Assembly (NCBI GenBank): GCA_025457815.1
Contig: JALOTQ010000003.1
Coordinates: forward strand, 1-41,781
Length of the DNA stretch: 41,781 nt
Direction of reading: 5' to 3'
Origin: Thermoplasmata archaeon
Lineage (GTDB): Archaea > Thermoplasmatota > Thermoplasmata > UBA10834
Below are positions 35,807 through 41,781 of this stretch, one piece after another (position 1 is the stretch's first letter; each line of letters starts with the position of its first letter). The notes under the pieces were generated by a model, which saw only the letters and a list, made by a program, of their open reading frames with translations, did no database searches and was not told the DNA's origin. The translations under genes were made by a program, and so were the position numbers.

Positions 35807-37273
35807 ATGAACGATCGAATGCTCACAGTTCTCAGCAAGAATGACATCGAGGCGATCCACGGGGCGACCATGGAGGTCCTCGACAGAACCGGTGTGAAGA
35901 TGGACTCCCCTGAGGCTCTGAAGCTGCTTCAGGAGCATGGTTGCGAAGTGGACGAGAAGACCAAGACCGTACGCATGAACGAGGCGATCGTCATGGACGC
36001 GGTCAAGAGTTGCCACGGGAACTTCAGGTGGCACGGGCGCTCAGAGAAGGATTCGTTCGACGTCGTCAATGGCAAGACGAAGTTCGGTCCCGGGGCCCAA
36101 TGCCTATACTACATCGACCCGGACACGGGTGAGTTCAGGCATTCAACGCTCCAGGACGGGATACGGATCTGCAGGCTGCTCGACGCACTGGACACATGCA
36201 GCCTCGGATATGTTCCTGTCTACCCCACTGACGTGCCTGATGGTGCCATGAGCCCGATCATGTGGGTCGCGGGATTGGTGAACACGTCCAAGCCCACGTA
36301 CGGCGGCTGGGGGGATGATGCCGAGTTCGAATTGATGCTGCGCGTTGCCGAGGCGCTGCTTGGCGACAGGGAGCTCGTGAGGAAGAAGACGCTGTTCCCG
36401 GCGTACATCGATCCGGTGAGCCCGCTCGGGCACGACCAGTACATGACCCAGACGCTTCTTAGGTACGCGCAGTGGGACATCCCGGTGTTCGTGATGGTGA
36501 TGGCCCTCGCGGGCGGGACCGCTCCTGCTTCTCTCGCAGGCCTGCTGGTCCAGCAGAACGCGGAGATTCTCAGCGCCGTGGTCACTGCCAAGTGCGTCAC
36601 TAAGCGCCCGAAGATCATCTACGGCTCCGTCTCGTGCCCGCTCGACATGAGGTCCGGCATCGCGGCGACAGGCTCCCCGGAATTCTCGCTCCTGGGCGTG
36701 GGGGCAGTGCAGATGGCCAAATCGTACGGCCTCCCGAGCGACATGGGCATCCAGAGCGACTCCAAGACCGTCGATGCGCAGACGACCTACGAGAAGACCC
36801 AGGCTGCCCTCATGGCAGTCATGTCCGGAGCTGACTTCGCGGAACTCTTCATGGGCTCCACCGAGGCGTTCAACGCGTTCTCGCCCCTGCAGCTGATGAT
36901 CGACGACGAAATTGCATCGAACGTTCAGCGCATCGCGCGCGGCATCGAGGTGAACGATGAGACGTTATCCGTCGGAGTCATAGGTAAGACCGGCCCGCTG
37001 GGCAACTTCCTGAAGCAGAAGGAGACTCTGACGCAGTTCAAGAAACAGCATATGATTCCGAAGCTCTCCGACAGGGCCACGCGGCAGCAGTGGACGTCGT
37101 CGGGCTCCAAGGATTCTCTCCAGAGGGCCAAAGAGCGCATGAGAGAACTGTTGAGGACCCACGAGCCCGAACCTTTGGACCCGGATGTGGCGAGGTCTCT
37201 CGAGGCCCTCGTGAAGGAATACACCAAGGAATATGACCTCGGGTCGCTGGCCAGAACCGGTCCGGTACGATAG
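35807..37273 (+). CDS. Trimethylamine methyltransferase (MttB/MtgB) superfamily protein, non-pyrrolysine
   Basis: IHGATMEVL..TGV, PVSPL, AGGTAPASLAG.LVQQNAEIL, DMRSG..ATGSPE, SDSKTVDAQ..YEK, QLMIDDEI; no in-frame TAG. Confidence 0.88.
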   Translation: MNDRMLTVLSKNDIEAIHGATMEVLDRTGVKMDSPEALKLLQEHGCEVDEKTKTVRMNEAIVMDAVKSCHGNFRWHGRSEKDSFDVVNGKTKFGPGAQCLYYIDPDTGEFRHSTLQDGIRICRLLDALDTCSLGYVPVYPTDVPDGAMSPIMWVAGLVNTSKPTYGGWGDDAEFELMLRVAEALLGDRELVRKKTLFPAYIDPVSPLGHDQYMTQTLLRYAQWDIPVFVMVMALAGGTAPASLAGLLVQQNAEILSAVVTAKCVTKRPKIIYGSVSCPLDMRSGIAATGSPEFSLLGVGAVQMAKSYGLPSDMGIQSDSKTVDAQTTYEKTQAALMAVMSGADFAELFMGSTEAFNAFSPLQLMIDDEIASNVQRIARGIEVNDETLSVGVIGKTGPLGNFLKQKETLTQFKKQHMIPKLSDRATRQQWTSSGSKDSLQRAKERMRELLRTHEPEPLDPDVARSLEALVKEYTKEYDLGSLARTGPVR

Positions 37274-37332
37274 GGAATCGGTGCCCGCTAGGAGCAAAAG
37301 GTACATTAGGAGCCTTACTCTCGGGCCATCCG

Positions 37333-38301
37333 ATGCCGAACCTGAACGTGGCCGTCATCGGCTCTCCGGATTACGCCAAGGGCATCGGCAAGAAATCCAC
37401 CACATCCGATGTCACGTTCTACGATCTCAAGAGAGGGGATGTGACTGTCTCCCTTGTTGAACCCACCAAGTATCCTGAGAAGCTCGCATCTCTGTTCTTC
37501 TCGGTCTCCCTCGCCGACGTTGCCGTCGTGGTCGTCGAGCATATCGGCCCGGTCTTCGGCGAATGCGTCGTCATGCTCGACTGCGCGGGAATCAAGAAGG
37601 GCTACATCGTGACCAAGGGCTACACGGCCCCGGAGCAGATCGCGCCTCTTACCAAAGGCACTGTCCTCGAGGGATATCACGTTGTCGCGGATGATCCGGT
37701 CAAGCTGCGCGAGATGCTCCTGGCAGAAGCGGAGAAGGTGGCGACAGACGAGAAAGTGGAAGGCGCTTCGAGAGGATCCGTTCCGGTCGACCACTACTTC
37801 GATGTGAAGGGAGTGGGCACAGTCGTCCTTGGATGTGTCTCGGCGGGGACAATCAGGAGACATGATGCCGTCATGGCCTATCCTGGCGCAAAGGAGGCGG
37901 AGATTAGGTCGATCCAGAAGCACGACGATGATTTCGATTCCGCGGCCAAAGGCGACAGGGTCGGCCTTGCCTTGAAAGGGATCTCCGTGAGCGACCTTGA
38001 CAGAGGGACAGTCCTCTCGAACGACGACACGCTGGTCAAGAGCCGCGAGATCGTCGCCCGAGCGCACCTCGTCAAGTATTGGCTCAACCCGTTGCGAGAG
38101 GGCATGATGCTCCACATCGGCCACTGGATGCAGTTCGAACCCGCAAGGGTGTTGTCCTTAGGGTCCGATGCTGACTGGCGCAACCCAGAGGTCAAGCTGG
38201 AGCTGCAGAAGGATTTCGTCTACCCTCCAGGGTCAAGGGCCGTGATGACTCACCTGGAGGGCGGCAAGCTCAGGGTCGTCGGTACACTCGACCTCGTCTA
38301 G
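37333..38301 (+). CDS. SelB-like/EF-Tu-domain protein with degenerate G domain (aSelBL type)
   Basis: GKKSTTSDVT, P.KYPEKL, VDHYFDVKGVGTVVLG, IRSIQKHD, GDRVGLALKG, DLDRG; no GHxDxGKT/NKxD motifs. Confidence 0.8.
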   Translation: MPNLNVAVIGSPDYAKGIGKKSTTSDVTFYDLKRGDVTVSLVEPTKYPEKLASLFFSVSLADVAVVVVEHIGPVFGECVVMLDCAGIKKGYIVTKGYTAPEQIAPLTKGTVLEGYHVVADDPVKLREMLLAEAEKVATDEKVEGASRGSVPVDHYFDVKGVGTVVLGCVSAGTIRRHDAVMAYPGAKEAEIRSIQKHDDDFDSAAKGDRVGLALKGISVSDLDRGTVLSNDDTLVKSREIVARAHLVKYWLNPLREGMMLHIGHWMQFEPARVLSLGSDADWRNPEVKLELQKDFVYPPGSRAVMTHLEGGKLRVVGTLDLV

Positions 38302-38365
38302 TCCAAACGAGACAGAAAAATGAGAAATCTCGAAAGGGTTTGAACCCGAGCTATTCCCGCAGGAA

Positions 38366-38866
38366 TCACTCGAGGAAGGGGGACTTCTTGACTATGGACG
38401 TGTTCGCCCACCAGTTGCCCAGACCCCACCATCTTCCCGGCTTCACGATCATCGTGCCGATGAAGAGAATGGCGTAGACGATATGGTCGTCCAAGAACGG
38501 GTTGTTTTCGGGCGGCAATCTCGTAGACCACAACAGTATCATGAGCGCAGCACCTGAGATGCCCGCGATCTTCTGACCGACGCCAAGTATCATAGCGACG
38601 CCGACCGCGAGAAGCGCCAGCATGAAGAGCGCATCAACGACGGAGTTCCCGGAGAGACCGCTCCAGAAGTCCGCGAGGAGTCCGTCCGCAGCGTACTGAA
38701 GGTAGCCCGCGGTCGGGGAACCTCCGTTCAGCCATGAGTTGCTTGATTCTGTCGCATATCCCAATCCGAATGTCTTGTCGAGGAACGCCCACAACAAGGT
38801 CCAGCCAAGGGCGAGTCTTACGCCCACCCAGATGTACTGCTCTTTCTCGAGCTTCTTGAGCTCCAT
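38366..38866 (-). CDS. DoxX/DoxD-like (thiosulfate:quinone oxidoreductase-related) membrane protein
   Basis: RLALGWTLLWAFLDKTFGLG, WLNGGSPT.GYL, NNPFLDDHIVY, GRWWGLG. Confidence 0.82.
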   Translation of the reverse strand: MELKKLEKEQYIWVGVRLALGWTLLWAFLDKTFGLGYATESSNSWLNGGSPTAGYLQYAADGLLADFWSGLSGNSVVDALFMLALLAVGVAMILGVGQKIAGISGAALMILLWSTRLPPENNPFLDDHIVYAILFIGTMIVKPGRWWGLGNWWANTSIVKKSPFLE

Positions 38867-38886
38867 TGGTACACTCTCCCGTTGCC

Positions 38887-38901
38887 TATAACGGCGTTAT
38901 A
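38887..38901. promoter_or_regulatory. Perfect palindrome TATAACG-G-CGTTATA upstream of the DoxX gene (operator candidate)
   Basis: 7-bp arms with 1-nt spacer, 21-35 nt upstream of the ATG. Confidence 0.5.
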
Positions 38902-39038
38902 TCGAGAGAGTCGGCCCTTATGAATCTATCACCGAAATCGGGCTCCGGGAGGGATGCCCGAGCTAATGATCCAGAATGACCCTGGATCCGCTGCCAGAGG
39001 CCGGGACGCACGGGCAGCGTCGCCACCGAAGAATGATT

Positions 39039-39500
39039 TCATCTGCACGGTGGTTTGTTGGTGACACTCTCGTAGACTTCGCGGACCTCGTTTGCTTCTG
39101 ACTCTCCCAATCGATAGTGGCCGTAGAGCACGGAGGAATAGCTGGCCGCTCTCGGATGTCTGCGAAGGGCAAATAGAATCGCAACGGCCGATGCGACTAA
39201 TGCAATACCTGTGAGCGTCAAGAAGACATCAAGAGCGAACAAGCCGAGAATCGACGCCGATACTCCGACAATCACCAGGGCGGCGAACATGAACACTCCG
39301 ATCTGCCACATCCAGAGCTCGTCCGACCAGTACACGTGCCCGAACTTGTCGATGTCCTTGGACTCGATCAGCGCCTCTGACTCCTGCTCGTCACCGAGCT
39401 TCGGCCGAGAGTCGAATCCGGCGCTGGTGAGATTCCTCCCGCACGCGCTGCAGTATCTTGCCTGCTCGCCGTTGTCCGCACCACATGCAAGACATTTCAT
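39039..39500 (-). CDS. Zinc-ribbon membrane protein (third membrane module)
   Basis: CLACGADN..ARYCSACGR followed by two hydrophobic segments. Confidence 0.65.
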   Translation of the reverse strand: MKCLACGADNGEQARYCSACGRNLTSAGFDSRPKLGDEQESEALIESKDIDKFGHVYWSDELWMWQIGVFMFAALVIVGVSASILGLFALDVFLTLTGIALVASAVAILFALRRHPRAASYSSVLYGHYRLGESEANEVREVYESVTNKPPCR

Positions 39501-39752
39501 CGAACCACCGTATTGATGAGAAGAACGGCGGAGGGGCATTTAACAATTCTTCTGGGGTTCCCTAGGATGGGCACCATCTCTTCTTGGAGAACGGAAGAAG
39601 GAACCGTGACGGCTGAGCACGTTGCACGCGGAAAGCCAAACCGTACAGGCCCTACTCCAATTGGGGGAGGAATGGTTTGGAAGGACGCCGCAGTTCGCCA
39701 TTGCTCATCTCGTGATTCTCAGAGGAGACTCTGGGAGATTTGTTAGCAGGAG

Positions 39753-39826
39753 CGGGCCCGGTGGGATTTGAACCCACGTCGTCGGCTCCGAAGGCCAAAA
39801 GGATATCCGGACTACCCCACGGGCCC
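39753..39826 (-). tRNA. tRNA-Arg (anticodon TCG), CCA not encoded
   Basis: GGGCCCG/CGGGCCC acceptor stem; anticodon arm TTGGC-CT TCG GA-GCCGA; T arm GTGGG-TTCAAAT-CCCAC. Confidence 0.93.
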
Positions 39827-39846
39827 GATGCAGTGATTGTGCTGGC

Positions 39847-39862
39847 ATATAATAGGTTTTGG
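39847..39862 (-). promoter_or_regulatory. BRE-TATA promoter of the tRNA
   Basis: Minus strand CCAAAACC-TATTATAT about 21 nt upstream of the tRNA 5' end. Confidence 0.6.
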
Positions 39863-40019
39863 CGGAGCGCTAATGTCGGTGAGAGAGGAGCCGCAGAAGC
39901 ACGTACAATAGAACGAACAGCGCGATGCCAATCCCGACGATTCCCAGCGTGTCGACGATCAACACCTGTGCCATTGCAGACTGACAGAACGAGACTCCAG
40001 CCATATAGTTGTCGCACAA

Positions 40020-40517
40020 TCATCGCTTCTTGAGGCCGGCCTTCACGAACGGCACGAGGCCTCCCGCATCGAGTATCTCCCTGAGATGTGGTGGCATCGG
40101 CTCGATCGCAGCGACCCTCAGCCCGTCGTATGAGACGAACCTGTTGGCGGACATGTCCAGCTCGGCAGCCTCCCCTTCCTCGAACACAGCGAACGCCTCT
40201 GGAGAGACTACGACGGGGAGTGCGAGGTTCACTGCGTTCCTGTAGAATATCCGCGCGAACGATTTGGCGACTACTGCGCTGACGCCCGCGTGCTTGAGCG
40301 CAATCACCGCCTGTTCCCGGCTCGATCCGCACCCGAAGTTCCTGCCCGCGACGACGAAGTCCCCCCTGCGGACCCTGCCCGCGAACTGCCTGCTCGCACC
40401 CTCCATCACGTGAGCTGCGAGGTGTGCGGGATCGTAGTTGTCGAGGTATCTGCCGGGAATGATGAGATCAGTGTTCACATCGTCGCCGAACTTCCATACG
40501 CGGCCCCTGAAGGCCAT
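40020..40517 (-). CDS. leuD: 3-isopropylmalate dehydratase/homoaconitase small subunit
   Basis: KFGDDVNTDLIIPGRYL, AGRNFGCGSSREQA, SFARIFYRNAVN, ILDAGGLV. Confidence 0.85.
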   Translation of the reverse strand: MAFRGRVWKFGDDVNTDLIIPGRYLDNYDPAHLAAHVMEGASRQFAGRVRRGDFVVAGRNFGCGSSREQAVIALKHAGVSAVVAKSFARIFYRNAVNLALPVVVSPEAFAVFEEGEAAELDMSANRFVSYDGLRVAAIEPMPPHLREILDAGGLVPFVKAGLKKR

Positions 40518-40816
40518 CGGTACCCACCTCTCTCCTGTGTCGTTAGTTGCGTTTTGTGATGTTATTCAACGCTTTATCTCTTGTCCCACGGGCGAGGTGC
40601 GATGCACTGATGTCGCGCACCCGCAGAAGAGCATACGAAACGGCCCGAGCATCAGTATCAAAATTGGTAATGAAAACCTCGCCTGGCTAGTACAATCTTC
40701 GAAGACGCCACATATGTGCAGAAACATACATTATCAACGACCAACCTAAGTTCCGTTCGCTCTAAGCCTGCGTCAGTACACGCAAGAGAGAGCTATCGTA
40801 GGGGGAGGAGGAGCAC

Positions 40817-41752
40817 ACGAGTAGACGTTGTGGGCTCGTAGTCTTAGCATTTGTGGTAGTGGCAGCGATGACGATCGCGCCGTCGGGGCTGGCATACACG
40901 GGCGGCGTTGTGGATTCCGATCTTGCTTATGACTGTGGCGGCTCGTGCCACTCTGCGCCGAGCACGTCGGTTATCGAGATGTATGCTTCCTCCGTGAATC
41001 CCACACCAGGACAGACGGTCACCGTCACCGTGAACGTCACGGGCGGCGAGTGCGTCGGCCGCATGATAGGTGTGATGCTCGTTGCCTCTTTGCATGTGGA
41101 GAACAGCCTGCCCTCGGATGAGAACTGGACCATCCTGTCCGATCCGAGCGGTTTCACTGCGTACAACTACTTCCAGGTCGAGACTTTCACCGGTGAGGCC
41201 TCTTTGACCTGGACGCTCAAGGCGCCTTCGACCAGCGGCGTCCGGACGCTGTACGCGCGCGAGATGCACGGAAACGGGGGCATGTACGGGAACGACTGCC
41301 TGACCGGCGTCATCTTCACAATCGGTGAGTCGGAAATGGCCGTGTGCGCACCGAGCATATACGTATCCACTCCGTCAGAGGGGGAGAAGGTTTACGGGGA
41401 AGTCACTGTGTGCGCGAACGTGCAGAGCACGAAGCAGCACTGCTACTGCGTGCTCAGAGTCGACGGAGAGACGCTTCAGAACGTCACGAGCGGCCCGTAC
41501 GCGTGGAAGATCGACACGACGATGTTCGACGATGGCACCCACGTCATAAACATCACTGCCGTCGACGCTGACGGCCACGTCGGTTCGTTCGAGTTCGTGA
41601 TAGAGGTCAACAACGAGGGTGAGCGCGCCCTCTACCTCGCCTGGCTCGCCACCATGGCGTCAGGGAGCTTGCTGATAGTCGCGATCTCGGGGCTGGCCAT
41701 CACCGGGGCGCTGTTCTACAGGTCCAAGGGATGCTGCAGGAAGGTGAAATGA
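40817..41752 (+). CDS. Secreted membrane-anchored protein: CX3CH motif, Reeler-like domain, Ig-like domain, C-terminal TM (ACG start at 40817 proposed; first GTG at 40853)
   Basis: DCGGSCH; PTPGQTVTVTV..WTLKAPST; PSEGEKVYG..IDTT..DGTHVINITAVD; hydrophobic C-terminal helix. Confidence 0.7.
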   Translation, partial: TSRRCGLVVLAFVVVAAMTIAPSGLAYTGGVVDSDLAYDCGGSCHSAPSTSVIEMYASSVNPTPGQTVTVTVNVTGGECVGRMIGVMLVASLHVENSLPSDENWTILSDPSGFTAYNYFQVETFTGEASLTWTLKAPSTSGVRTLYAREMHGNGGMYGNDCLTGVIFTIGESEMAVCAPSIYVSTPSEGEKVYGEVTVCANVQSTKQHCYCVLRVDGETLQNVTSGPYAWKIDTTMFDDGTHVINITAVDADGHVGSFEFVIEVNNEGERALYLAWLATMASGSLLIVAISGLAITGALFYRSKGCCRKVK

Positions 41753-41781
41753 TGGTGAGCATGTCCGCGCTTCACTCCCTG
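41749..41781 (+). CDS. Start of next gene, truncated by the window edge
   Basis: ATGA overlap with the preceding stop; frame stays open to the end of the window. Confidence 0.35.
   Translation, partial: MMVSMSALHSL

Noticed and set aside
37271-37291. Pyrrolysine read-through of the TAG ending the MttB homologue (and of the tusA/dsrE TAG stops)
   Set aside because: The proteins are already full length at these stops, and read-through does not join a downstream domain.
38331-39826. Island integrated at tRNA-Arg with an att copy near 38340 (GGGTTCAAA)
   Set aside because: Only about 9 nt match the T arm, and no integrase or convincing direct repeat of the tRNA 3' end was found.

Overview
GC-rich archaeal chromosome segment, most likely from an uncultured Thermoplasmatota. 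The evidence is archaeal purP, nep1, rpoK-rps2-MEMO1, RPA plus RPA-associated protein, an aSelBL-type factor, BRE/TATA promoters and a tRNA-Arg(TCG) with no encoded CCA. About 43 CDS and one tRNA; no CRISPR, integrase or transposase seen. Most unusual elements: (1) an array at 28.0-32.0 kb of five small membrane proteins with a related CxxC/CxxCG zinc ribbon fused to two different membrane modules, interleaved with two DUF2085 proteins, directly behind rpoK-rps2-MEMO1; (2) a tusA-dsrE-iscS operon whose IscS has Asn-Asp instead of the PLP-binding His-Lys, behind a stand-alone LarC N-terminal half; (3) three genes whose best-placed start codon is near-cognate (ACG, ACG, ATA); (4) an S-layer-like protein of seven ~100-aa macroglobulin-like repeats next to nucleotide-sugar genes; (5) a non-pyrrolysine MttB-family methyltransferase with Gln (CAG) at the inferred Pyl site; (6) a recurring AAACCCTTTC-type 3' motif, and a TAAC-N3-GTTA palindrome shared by two sulfur-related promoters. 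All family calls come from motif recognition by eye; no database search was run.
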